NCBI GenBank assembly: GCA_964019335.1
Contig: OZ025682.1
Span: 1 to 64,000, forward strand
Direction of reading: 5' to 3'
DNA from: Diplonema japonicum
Lineage: Eukaryota > Protista > Euglenozoa: Diplonemea
DNA: 64,000 bases
This document shows, one piece after another, positions 47,801 through 61,000 of this stretch (position 1 is the stretch's first letter; each line of letters opens with the position of its first letter). Position numbers and translations under genes: made by a program. Under the pieces are notes generated by a model, which was given only the letters and a program-made list of their open reading frames with translations, was not told the origin of the DNA and did no database searches.

Positions 47801-49451
47801 CTCACCTGGGCTGCGAACGAGGTCGCCTTCGACAGCGCGGGAGTGACCCCGAGCGGCTGCTTCGTGTGCACAAGCATCCCGATGGCTGGGGTGTGCGGGA
47901 TCACCGTCGACAGCACCGGCGGCGACGTCGTGAGCATCGCGGGTGTTTTCACCACGACCGGGACCTGCACCATCGCGAGCACCGCCTTCGGAGGCTTCCC
48001 CGTTGCCTCGGGCTCGGCGACGGTGAACCCGAAGCAGGCGCTCGCTGTGGACGTGATGACCCCTTACGGGATCCTCCCCGCAGGCTCCCAGCCTGATGCG
48101 ATGGGAGAGAAGGAGTCGAACTTCACGATGCAGGGGGGGAGAATCGACGACGACCTCGCCGCTGTGGTCGGGGAAGGAGCCCTTCTGGAGCTGAGAGTGC
48201 TGAACCAGAGCGGGAAGCCGGTGCTGGGGGACTACCACACCGAATTCACCCTGACCGGGATGAGGGACGGGAACCTCTCGAAGCTGGAAGTGCCCTACTG
48301 GCCGACGATGAAGGCGACGGCGAGGGGCGGCACCGTGCGCTTCTACCTAGACACGAACATCACGACCTTCATCCCCGACTGCGAAGAGGACGAGGTCGAG
48401 GACTGCCACGCCCCGTGGCTCTTCAACGTCTCTGCGTCGGCGCAGGTGTACGACACGACGGGGCTGATCGGGACGCAGGCCTTCTCAGACGTTGTGAACA
48501 TCGGACCCCTGTACTTCGTGAGGAAGGCGGCTGTCATCGTCGTCGTCGCGAAAATCGGAACGGAGTGGCCGTCCAAGTGCGGGGAGATGGACGACAACGA
48601 CGACATGCCCGCAAACGAGACGATGGCCCCGATGACAGCCTCCCCGACCAACAACACGAAGGAGGAGTACAAGGAGTGCACCCCTATGGGGATGACCCCC
48701 GGGACCGGGAGCAGGAAACTGGACAAGATGATCATGGACGGGTACGAGGTACTGAACGTGATGGGGGGAGACTCAGCGATGGGGATGGGGGGAGGCGGGA
48801 GCAACGGCTTCGGATCCGGGAGGGGCGAGATGCCCGTGGACGGACTCGGGATGGACCTGTACGTGGACGAGTGGCTTGCGTGGGTGGACATGAAGCTGGT
48901 GCCGAGGAAGGCGAGCTGGGAACAAGGGTTCAAGTTCAAGATGAAGGTGCTGGCCCTCGACAAGACGGGAGAGGTTGTGGAGAACCCCGGGGACCTCGGG
49001 AACAAGGCGAAGATGATGATCAGGCCTCTCGCCGTCCCCTGCCTGAACGTTGACACGACCAGCAACTCGCTGTGGGTTATGGACACCTGCATCGACGGCG
49101 GTGGCGCTTGCAACACGGACCGCTCCATCAGTGCCCTCCCGCAGTGCAACCAAAAGCTCTCCGGTTGGACTTTCGAGAGCGAGGAGGTGGAGCTGGAGGA
49201 GGGGAAGGCGGAGATCGAAGACATCTCCTTCAAGAGTTGGAAGTACATGAGCTCGGTTGAGAGGTTCATGCTCACCACGAACAGCTTCAGCGAGATGAAG
49301 GGTGGCGGAAGCTCTTCCTCGATGCTGGACGGAATGACCTTCTTGTTCGAGGTGATGATGCAGAGGCCTAAGGCCATCTTCCCTCTCATGATGGGGAACA
49401 TGTGTGATTTGAAGACCAAGAAGTATGTTTTTTTTCTTCTTTCTTTTTTTT

Positions 49452-49482
<31 letters not shown>

Positions 49483-50809
49483 GGTGCGAAGTGAACGCAA
49501 CCATCGAACCAAACATGCCATTCGAGTTCCCGATTGGGTTGATCGACACGAACGGACACCTCATCACCGCCGACTCCACCTCGAACATCACCATGACAGG
49601 GGCCTGCATGGAGAGCGGTGTGACGAACGCCTTCCTCGGGAAGATCGATCCCGTGACAGGCGTCGTTGACCCGACGGAAGTCCTGGTCTTCAACTTCAAG
49701 AACGGGATGGCCCACATACGCGATGTCGGCGTCACCGCGACCTGCAACAAGATGGCCCTCACCTTCACCTGCACCGCTGGACCCGACGACAAGCTGAAGC
49801 TCTGCAACGGCATCTGGGGGACAGGTTACTTCGTCGTGGCAAACCCTCCAGGGAAGACCTCCGCCCCGGAGGTGGCCCCTGTCCCTGTCACCACCGAGCT
49901 CGACATGGGTATGAAAACATCCAGAAGTTAACAAATGTATTTTTCTCTTTTAGGTTCGATGGACTCTGCAACTTTCAGCACCCTCGATTCGACATACGCT
50001 GCTGACTTCGAGAACAAGATGTTGTCCATGTTGAAGTCCTCTCCAGGATTGGGGGTATGTGGAGGGGGAATGCGACAACAACAATAACAATAACAATAAC
50101 AATAACAATAACAATAACAATAACAATAACAATAACAATAACAATAACAATAACAATAACAATAACAACAACAACACCACCACCACCACCACCACAGACG
50201 GTCTCGACAGTGATTTTGGAGTTCGTGTGCAACCTCGCCTCAGGATCGTCGATCACACCGGAAGACAAGCTGAACCCCGACGTGTGCCACGACTTCAAGT
50301 CGACGCCGATGCCGACGACAGCGGCGCCAGTTGTGAACACCAGCAACATAACGTCAGGGTGGAGGGAGGCGGAGGAGCTGCAGACAGCGATCGTGACGAA
50401 GGCGCAGTTCCAGGTGGCTTCAGCAATCTCGCTGGACGTAACAAAGATGGCGACGAAAATAACATCCGCCATCAAGGAGGATCTGAACAGCTCCACCTCC
50501 ACTCTGAAGAGCGGCTCGTCCACCTTCCAGCAGGCCACCGGGAACGGACTCAGCGTTGGTGTCCCAGACACCGTAATCCCCTCCACCTCCATCCCGAATA
50601 CAGACGCCCCGCCCCCCGTCACCTCCGCCCCGGCGACCGACGCTCCCGCCACCGCAGAGCCCACCGCTCCCCCGACCCTGGCCCCCCCGACCGCGGTCCC
50701 CACCCTGCCAAACGTCACCGCCCCCTGGGACGCCGCCCCCACACTCCTCGCCCCCTCCCCCCTCTCCCTCTTCCTCGCCGCCGCTCTCGCAGTGCTCATG
50801 CTTCTGTGA
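35879..50809 (+). CDS. Giant secreted, GPI-anchored surface protein, ~4,893 aa, copy 1 (exons 35879-49422, 49484-49908, 49954-50054, 50198-50809)
   Basis: Signal peptide MKTGMKGTEVLLAVCGVGWLLVGQGAEA, a Ser/Thr repeat region, repeated Cys-containing beta modules, a Pro/Thr stalk and a hydrophobic C-terminus (DAAPTLLAPSPLSLFLAAALAVLMLL). Exon lengths sum to 14,682 nt in frame. Confidence 0.88.
49453..49481 (+). repeat. (CAA)n microsatellite in intron, abutting the 3' splice site
   Basis: aacaacaac...caacag|. Confidence 0.9.
50076..50195 (+). repeat. Compound (AACAAT)n-(CAA)n-(CAC)n microsatellite in intron
   Basis: Read directly; it ends at the acceptor ..accacag (50197). Confidence 0.92.
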
Positions 50810-52078
50810 TGATGACTGAAGCTTGATAATCCTTTTTTTTAGCACACAGTCTTTCCTGATAGCCGAACTCAGAATAACTTTAGGAATGTTTAAAAAAAAA
50901 TGCCGCAGGAGCTCCCCCCCTCGCTCCCCTGGCTCAAGGGTTAACCTTACCATAGATCACATTTTTTCTGTTTTTTTTTTTTTTGAGGGGATTGCGAACT
51001 AGAGTTTAATCTTGTGGGGGAAATGTGAACTCCAAATCCTAAAAAAAAAAGGGGGGGGAAGGGAAAAAAAGAAGGTAAAAAACTGAAATTACCATTTCAG
51101 AAGTAATATGGGATAAGAAAAACTTCGACATGAAAATTTGAAGTTTTGCTTCCGCCCACTTAATTCATTGCCCTCTCTCCCTCCAATCAAATAAATAATT
51201 ATGCATGGTGTAGGTGAGTCAAAACCAAACACGAAAGAAGAAGAAGAAAATTAAGAGTGGGGTTTAGGCAGAACTCTCATTTCCCTTATCGGTCTTGGTG
51301 CGCCATCCGAGGGTAACCATAAAAAAAAAACCGCGCGCTTTGCTCATCTATCCCTGCCTTGAAAAGAAGGAAGGGAGAAAAAAAAAAGTGAACTAACAAT
51401 CTGATGGGTTTGCCGTATTCAGGGTTTATCATGTGGTAGATTTTCACAGCCAGCATGCCTCGAAAAGTTTACCCCCCCCCCCCCCCTCCACTTACACAAT
51501 AATCCCGTCTCAAGTACCCCTGATCCCTCCCTCTATTACTCTATACACATGAGCTGTGCCCCCTCCTCCTCTTCCCTCGAGCAGTTCTTTGTTTTGCAAT
51601 CGCCTTAGGCCGAGGGACAGGCAGTCACCAGCGACGTTGCAGTTGTGTGTGGCTTCTTCGTGGAGACATGCCAAGGTACCCAATTTGGCAATCAGTTTGA
51701 AGGCCTGCACTTCTTGTTTTCTTGTTTCCCTCTCCAAATACTTAATCCCCCTTTCAAGGGTTTTTGTTTCTACCGTTGCTGCGGCCCCCGTAGCGAAAGA
51801 TAGAATCTTCTTTACCCCCCCCCCCCCCCCCTGCAACTCTCTTCTACTTTAACTTGTGTTCCGGACCTACCACTTATACTATATTTTCATGTTCATAGCC
51901 TCCCCTTACACTCTTTTTTTTTTCCATTTGATATGTTGACACGAATAAAAAAACACACAGTTCTACATTTACACTCCCCCCCCCCCCCCCCTCCCAACAC
52001 CCTTCTTAAACAAGTGAATCAAAACAACGAAGAATCAGCGTGAGTTGAAAAAAGCAGTGCACACACAGCCGAGGGAGC

Positions 52079-55000
52079 ACAAAATTCTGAAGAGAACCCT
52101 TGCCTGCAAAGGTAGGATTTCGGTGAAGGAAGAACTGCGAAAGCAAGCTTCAAGGATGAAGACTGGGATGAAGGGGACCGAGGTGCTCCTGGCGGTGTGC
52201 GGGGTCGGATGGCTCCTTGTGGGGCAAGGGGCGGAGGCGGTGACGGCGACGCAGACGATCTCGCTGACGCAGCCCACGGTGTCGACGTCGCTGACGGACT
52301 CGGTGACGGTGACGGAGCCGACGGGGACGGACTCCCTCTCGATGACGCAATCGATGACCGTCCCGACGGGGACGGACTCGGTGACGATGTCGGTGCCGAC
52401 GGGGACGGGGACGTTCTCGGTTTCCGAGTCGGAGACGCACTCTGATTCTGTGTCGGTGTCCCTCTTCACGGGGTCGCAGACCATGTCCCTCTTCACGGGC
52501 TCGGAGAGTGCGACCATATCACTCCCGACCGGGTCGCAAACCGTGTCCCTCTTCACGGGGACCGAAACCTCCACGTTCAGTCTTCCCACCGGAACCGCGT
52601 CGTCAACCATCTCTCTCCCGACGGGGACGGTTTCTGCAACGGGCTCGTCGACGTACACGGTGGGGACCGGGTCTGGGTCGACCACGCTCACCGGAACGAA
52701 GAGTATTTTCACCGGGACCGTGTCCTACTCACTGAACACCGGGACAGCCTCCACCACGATGACGGTGCCGACGGGGACCGCCTCCGCATCTGTCACGATG
52801 TCCCTCCCCACAAGGACCTCAACCATCTCGCTCCCAACCGGGACCTCGACGACGACGATGACGCTCCCCACCGGGACGAGCACAGCTTCCGCAACAATCT
52901 CGCTTCCGACGGGGACCCAGTCCATGTCGCACACGATCTCGAAGTCCCTGTCGGCGACCTTCTCGCTCCCCGCGCTGAACAACTACACGATGAACGTGGA
53001 GCCGTCGTCATTCGTGGAGGGACAGGAGATCAGGGTGCAGCTGAAGACGATCCTGGACGGGTTGGTGACGAACTCGTCGACGAACCGCCTTCAACACGAC
53101 AAGAAACTCTTCAACGTGACGGACCTGGGATCCCTGCAGGTGCGGATGTACACGTGGTCGTCCACCTACGCCTCGAACTGCGAACTGTACAAGGGGACAA
53201 CGCCGCTGGCGGAGAGGAACGAGTTTGGGATGACGCAGAGCGCGCGCTACGAGGGGCTCGTGTACGTGCAGTCTGCGCACGTGACCTTCCCGGCCCCGTC
53301 CTCCGCGATGAAGTTCGTGATCTGCTTCAAGCACAGGCTCCCGCAGTACGACTTCCACATCCCGAGCATCCCCGACCAGATGAACAACGTGTGGCAGGTC
53401 TTCTCCACCGCGGACGGAGAGTACGTGTTCCAAGCTGCGGAGTCCCTTGCCTGGTACCGCCTCTCTGACCCGACGGTGGGGCAGTACGCGATCATCCAGC
53501 TCTTGAGTCAGGAACCCGGGTGGAACTTCACCTACGCCCCGTCGGGGTGCCTCAGCGACACGGCGAAGTGCGGCTGGGGGGACAACCTGAAGATCGTGCC
53601 AAAGGGGATGCCGTGCACCTACGAGTACCAGTCCTTCGACCACGCGTACCTCGGGTCCTTGTTCGTGGGGACCGACGGGAGCTGGATCGGGGGCGGGCTG
53701 GACGCGCTGAAGGAGGGGGCGACGGCTGGGGGCGTCGGAGCCTTCGGAACCCAGTTCGCAAACCCGCTCGTGGACACCTGGACCTCGTGGGGGACATACT
53801 TCCCGGCGAACGACGAGAACTACCAGGGGACGAGCGTGGTGACGGCACCGAGCGGCGGGGAGACCTCGCACGCGTACGCCTACGTGAGGCTCCCGCAAAC
53901 GGTGGGGAGCTACGACATCTGCTTCTCCTCGCGCCAGCAGAGGATCTCGTGGAAGGGAGAGAACACCACGATAGACAGCGTCCCGATGTGGAGGAAGCTG
54001 TTCAGGTGCACGAGCGCAGCGGCGTGTGCGGCGAACGACGCGAGCACGCACTTCTCGACGGTGGCGGAGGAGGTGGGGTGGTCCATGTTCGACCTCACGG
54101 CGAACACCTGGGGGGAGATCGTGTTCGACGACAGCGGGAAGGGGCAGCTCAGCAACAAGGCGGCAACGAGCACGGTGATCGTGAGCTCACCGATGGCAAC
54201 GGCAGACTACCCGCAGGTGCAGACCTCGACGGCGAACTACTGGGCCCCTTCCGGGGGAGACTACTTCCGCATCGTTCCCTCGTCGCAGTTCACGGAGACG
54301 ACAACGACGCCGAGGGTGCACCCCTTCACAAGCGGGGTGCGCCTCGGCTCCTTTCCATCGGTCGGCTGCTGGTCACGCGCCTATGACGTGGCGACCTCCA
54401 GCGCCTCCTCTTCGAGCCGTGGCGGGCAAGGGGGCTTCGTAGACGACGGGGCAATGTATCCGATCGGGTCGAGGGACCTGACGGGAGACCCGACGCTGGC
54501 GTCGCCGACCAGTGACGCGGGAGGTCAAGCCGCGACCTACGCGACTCTGTACGTTCCTGGGGAGCTGGAGACCTGGTATGTGTGCTACCGCAGGACGTGC
54601 ACCTTCAGCGGGGCGACCTGTGCACAGAACAGCGGTATGAGGGTGCTCCCCTTCCACTACACGGGGACCGGATCGAGCCCCACGAAGTGGCGTCACCTCG
54701 AAGGGAACTACCCGTACACGCACCTCCTCGCCCCCGGTCGCTACAACGAGACACTGGTGGTGTCGGCGGCGGCGGCGGCGGAGGGGGCCGCTGCCGTCGT
54801 TGGGGACAACGGGTACCCTCCCCTCGCGACCTGGTACATGAACGATACGAGGACAGGGACGTGGGGTCCGCTCGTCGTGGAGAGGGTGAGCTCCACGCAG
54901 AACAAGGCGATGCTGGACTCGAGGGCGTGGGACTTCGTGAGGGTGTGGAACCCCGAAGACACGGTTTCAAAGACTGTGGGGAGCACGCTGAGGCTGGTGC

Positions 55001-58000
55001 CGTACAACAGACCGTGTGACTACCCCGGGTTCACCGGGGCCTGGTACCAGGGGGCGAAGAACGAGGACGGCGGTATGGTGGAGTGCAACAGCGCAAGCGC
55101 GGAGGCGCGAGACGCGAAGGACCCCGCGTGGAACTGCATGGGTTCAGCGTCAAACCAGAACAGCGTCGCGAACATGGCTTTCTATGTCGCGGTCCCCGAG
55201 ATCGCGAACTACCGCGTGTGCCACCGTCTGGGGCCGTGGAACTGGAGGGAGATCAACCCCTCGTCGTACAGGGAGGCATGGAACGACGCGACGAACCCGA
55301 TGCCGAAGGAGACCCTGAAGAGAGGGGGCTGGGTGCAGCCTGCGCTGTGGTTCACTCCGACAACGAGCGCGCTGTCGCACCTGTCGCTGCAGGTGGTGGA
55401 GGACAGGTCGCAGTTCGAGGCGCTCTTCATCGTGTCGGACACTGAGGGGTCGCTCGCGGCGAAGGGGAGGAGGAAGTGCTCCGGCGGATGCGAGAGCTCG
55501 GGCGACGTGCTGCGCCTCGTCCCGTACGGGTCGAGCTGTGACGTGAACCCCACCCAGTGGGACCCTCTCCTCGCGGACACGCACCTGTCGCTGTACTGTG
55601 AGAAGCAGGGGAGTGGGGCGACAACGACCTCTGGGTTGTACTACGACAGCAGCGCGGTGACCCCGTGCGCCCTCGCGAAGCCGACGAAGGAGATGTGCGG
55701 CGGGACAACCTGCAGCTCCACGAACGCGATGCTGAGCCTCCTGGTGCAGAAGACACCCGACTTCTACGACGACATTGTGCCACACGACCACGTGTACTTC
55801 GGGAGCTCGAAACTCGCGGCAACGGTAACGGTCCCCACGTACAACAGCGTGAGTGCAGCGAAGAATTTCTACACAATCTGCTACAAGCAGATGGGGGCGT
55901 CGAACTGGGCGATCTTCAACAACACGTGGGAGGTGAAGAAGGCGCCTGCGATGACGATGAGCCCCTTGGCGAGGTCGCAGAACCTGGTGGGCGGAGAGTT
56001 CAAGAAGTTCGTGATGACTCTGACGGACATGATGCTGCCCGTGAACGCGGCGGGGACGGGGGCCCACGTCGGCTTCTACGCGAAGCTCGTCCCTGAGCTG
56101 CCGCACCAGGACAACAACAACTGTCTGAACCAGCCGGGGAGCACAGAGGGGGAGGCCTACGCGGCGGCGACGTCGAAGGCGATGTTCATCGCGGGGGGCG
56201 CGAACAACTCGATGTACTTCTACCTCACGGTCCCGCAGAAGCCCGGGAAGTACGTGCTGTGTGTGCAGTTGCGGAAGACAGCGGAGGACTCGATGTCGTG
56301 GTGGAGGCCCGGGGGCTCGACCTCGTACGACTACGACGTGCTGGACAACGGGATCAGGTGGTACGTGGAGGCTGGGGCGCAGCCCACGAACAACGGTCTG
56401 TCTGCGGTGAAGCTGGTGCGCTGCACCCCGATGGACGCCGGCTGCAGCTTCGCGTCGAACCAAGAGACCTTCAACACCGACGCGAACGGCGACTCGGCAA
56501 AGGTGATCGCGACGACGTCTCCGTGCAGCACCGGGTCGTCGTCGATGTCGGCGTGGGGCACCTCGACTCATATCGGGGTCGAGGGTGGCGGCGCGATGGG
56601 GGTGAAGAACCTGGGCCCTGCGGACGGCCCCACGGACGTTGCGGAGATGCGGGTGACGCTGCCGGGGACGACGAACGACGCGCAGGTGCAGTACAAGGTG
56701 TGCGTGAGGACGCTTTTGAACCACGCGAACATCGGGACGATCGGCGTGGCGCGCTGGGTGGAGGTGTCGCAGGCGATGGGGATGTCAAACCAGGTGCGCA
56801 TCACGGACGGATCGTCGAAGTCTGCCTTCTACACCGCGAAGGGGTTGATGAAGAGCTGGACGTTGGACGCGGCCCTGTACCCGGCGAAGTCCCTGTTCAC
56901 GGGCCCGGCGGCGGACGCCGTGGGGTTCGCGGGAGCCTCTACCCGCTACGTCTCGAACCCCTCGACGGCGTCGTCCTCGACCGCTCCGACGGTGGCAACC
57001 GGGTTCAAGTTCAACTCCTACGCGAACCTCGTGACCTCGCAGAAGAGCGGGAACCTCTTCAAGCTTGTGAAGGTGGGCGGCCCTGGGACCAGGTACCCGG
57101 AGGGAGCGACCTGGGGCCAGCCTTCGGGATGGAGCATGGCCGCGGCGGCGGACTGCATGGGCCCCGCAGTGGCAGCAGCCTCGAACACCGGGACCTGCAC
57201 CGACCCCGACGGGAGCTCCGACACGACGGACGGGTCGGCCGTGTGCCCGCAGCTCATCGACGTGGCGACAGCGACGACGACGACGCAGATCGAGGCCGTC
57301 TTCCACATCCCCCTCGTCCCCGGGAAGTACCTGGTGTGCTACAAGGTGGTGCACAGCAGCATCACAACAGAGAATCCGTGGCTGTGGCTCCCCTCGGCGA
57401 CGAACAGCGATTACGGGTTGTACTCGCACCCGACCTTCCTCGAGGTAGAGGTGGCGAGCGCGAAGTCGAACATCACAGCCTTCGATCTGCGCTCCATGCC
57501 GTCAACTTCCGGGGACGGGTCACAGGTGTCGGTGTCGAGTTGGTGTGCGCAGCCGCCGCAGGCTTCGGACGAGGGGGTCCCCTGCAGCACGCAGAATAAC
57601 GGAGGCTTCACCACAGACCTCGTCACGATTGTGAACGACACGCAGATCTGCCCGGCCCCCACGGTCGCCCCCGGCGGCGGGGCCTCTTCGAGCGGGCAGC
57701 CTGGTCCGCGCTGGTTCGAGCTCATCCGCACCACGAACGTGTCTGCTGGTGTCTCGGTCACCTGGAGCGCAACGGCCGACGCCTTCGCGCTGCCACCTGT
57801 GAGCTACCCGTCGCTGTCCGGTCAGTACAAGCTGTGCGTGTACAAGGCGGGCGAGGCACAGACCGGCTACTTCCAAGACGGGGCGGGCGAGTACGTCACG
57901 AAGCAGGGGGTGGTGTACCAGCTCTACAACCGTGGCTCTGCCGATAACGGCGGCGGGAGCGGTTTCTGGAGGGACTCCACCGGGGTCGGGGCGCCGGCGC

Positions 58001-61000
58001 AGCTTCTGGTGACCTCGAACCTGCAGTACAACAGCAGCATCCGCTTCATGGAGTATGCGGCGAACCTGGAGACCCTGTACGGGGCGTCCGTGGTGGCGGC
58101 CGACCTCGTGACGGATCCCTTGACCGGGACGGTTTCGAGGACGCCGCTCCTCCGCTCCGGAACGGCGGTGGAGTACGTGGTGCAGGTGGCGACGACGGAC
58201 GGCGTGGCGATCCGATCCGGGTCCTACCCCGTAGACGTGATGAGGTGTCCGCGTGCGACGACGTGGACGAACGGGCTCGAATGCCCCACGTCCGTGCAGG
58301 TGGGGCCCGACGTCTCACCCGGGGACTTCGTGATCCAGAATGTGAACGGCGACTGCTCGATGATGAACGGTCCGGCCTACGGGTGGTACGCGAACGGGTT
58401 GAGGCAGTTCACCGTGTCCGGGGTTGCGAAGTTCAACATCCAGTACCGCTCAGCCTGCCCCACAGGGGAGTTCGGGTGCGGGATCCGCTTCGTGGCGAAC
58501 GCCAATATCAACGGTGCAGCGACGACACTGTCCAGCGCAGCGCAGTGGCTGAACATAGACACCCACCCGCCGCTCTCCGTCGCCATCAACGGGCAGGAGG
58601 TGAACCCGACGGTGGCGCCCGCGGTCTCCACCTGCAAAACCTCGAAGGAACCGAACTGCTACCTGAAGGAGTGCCTCCACATGAAGCCGTGCGTGCTCAC
58701 CTTCCAGGCGAGGTGGCAAGGGCCGAGCGAATTCTCCCCGAACGGGACCATCAACCTCCTCTACTCCGAGCAGGACTACGTGGGCTACAACGCGGCGAAC
58801 GTACCCGCCGAGGTGAACACGGTGCTGGGGAGCACCTTCGGGACCCCTCCGGTCTTCAGCCAGGTGCCGTGGGCCCTCGGGGGCACCTACACCCACACCT
58901 TCACCCCGAACCTGAAGACGGGCTCCTCTGCCACCGTCTACCTGAACCTCACCTTCGGGGAAAACTCGGTGACCGACTGGACGCGCTTCGTGGTGAAGGT
59001 GATCAAGCCTGTACCGAAATCGGTGGCGCTCCGCATGGTGGAGCCGACGGATGTGATGTCGGGCTACACCTCGACGAGGTCTCCGGCTCCAGCCTTCATC
59101 CCGCGTGCCCCCGCCGACACCGCAACCGGGGTAAGCCTGCAGGCGATGGTGGGGTCGTACCTGGAGGCCCTCGTCCCCTACAAACTGACCTACGAACCGA
59201 TGGACGCGAGCGGGATGAAGGTTCCGATGGTGAGCGGGGCGCTGACCGGCTGGACCGTGACCGCGAAGGTTGACGAGTCGTCGAACAGCAAGGTTCTCGG
59301 AGCCGCCCCTTCTGGGACCGCCTTGATCACGGAGCCAAAGACGCTCCTCTCGCAGGCGCTGTCCGCGGCTGCGGACGGGACGACCTTCGCCCTCAGCTTC
59401 CGGGTGTACGTTGTAGACGGGATGTGCTCCCGCTTCATCACGACGAAGGAAGGGTGCACCCTCACCTTCTCCTTCGCCCACGCCACGGAGACCACGATCA
59501 CGACGAGCCTGCGCACCCCTGTGCGAGTCCCGGCGAGCACCATCGAGGTCTCCATCGTGGGGACCGGGTCCGCATCGGGGGAGGCGACGGTGAGGAACGG
59601 GCTCGTGGTGGAGGCGCGCCCGGGAACCTGGGTCGTGTCCCCCCAAAACGTCGACACCTTCGTGTACGACGAGTTCCACCACGGCGACATCTTCGCGCTG
59701 CTGAACTCCCCGTCTCCCACCAACGGGGCGACGAACAGGGACCACCTGAAGATGGAGGACGACAAGTCGACAGGGGCGATGAGGGCGAAGACGTGTGCGT
59801 ATGAGGAAGGCAACGAGTGCAAGGTCTCAAAGTACAGGACGCAGGTCCTGTCCACGTCTGGGTGGGGGGCGACGTGGACGATGCGTCCGGACAAGCCGTG
59901 CAAGAGCTGCGAGTTCACCTTCCACTCCACGCTGGGTGCGGGGCCCGAGTCGTACGAGACGACGAGGACGGGAAGCGGGAGGGGCTGGAAGACCCTGACC
60001 TGGACCGCGGAGACGATCGAGCTGGTGTGCGCTGTGGGGGGGAGCACCGCTGCAGCGGGGACCGCAACCGTGGTCTACTTCACCTCGGGGGCTACAGCCT
60101 CCGCCACCTTCGGTGTGACCGTGACCGCGGCGGCGACCGGGACGACGAGCAGCGCCTACTACCCGAAGTGGTGGGTCTTCACCGACACGACATCTGATGT
60201 CGCCGCCTCGTCGGGGGCGTACTCCCTGAACCAGGCGGGGGCAACCGGGACCGTACTGTCCGCAAAGATGGAGCGCGGGGTGGCGGTGTTCGAGAACCTC
60301 AGCTTCACGGGAGACTCCGCCCCCACGGAGGGGACCCCCGTCACGATGACCACCACCTTCCACTCGGTGGGACTGCAGTACGCCGGGACGGAGCCCGGGT
60401 CCATCCCGACGGGGACGACCGCCTACAACTGCAAGGTCCTCGTGGACCTCACCTACCTGGCACCGACGGCCGCGGTGTCCTACCTGGAGCTGACGCAGGT
60501 TGACGGGGCAACGGGTCTGTGCGGAACCGGGGTGACGGCGTCGAAGTGCACCGACTGGAGCACAACGGTAGACAGCCTCACCACAGGGCTGACCTTCCAC
60601 GTCGCGGTGAAGAAGGCGTCGAGCGGGGTGGTGTCTGCGGACGCAACGATTCAGAACGCCACGATCGTACCGCTCGGCGGGTACAGCACGAGCCCGAAGG
60701 GGGTCGCCCCCTCGTGGACGGCAACGGACGCGACGACTTGGACGAGCGCGGACATCAAGCTCGACTCGAACTACAACACCGCTGGAACCCTGTTCACGGA
60801 CGGAACCTACTCGTACACCTACGGGACGATGGATGTGCTCGCGGTGAGGAGCATTCCCTCGGGGGCGACGAATGCCTCCCTCGCGGACGGTGTCGGGTCG
60901 ATCAAGATCAGCTACGGGCAGACTGGTGCGACCTCGGTGGACAAGTCCCCCGCGAGGGCGGCCATCTTCCAGATCTGCAACGCTGCGTGGGACGGGTCGG

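Noticed and set aside
50057-50197. Poly-(IT) or poly-N protein segments
   Set aside because: They lie inside the GTATG..CAG intron 50055-50197 (microsatellite).
51510-51852. 108-aa and 98-aa ORFs in the inter-copy spacer
   Set aside because: No motifs, bounded by homopolymer runs; at most a decayed fragment.
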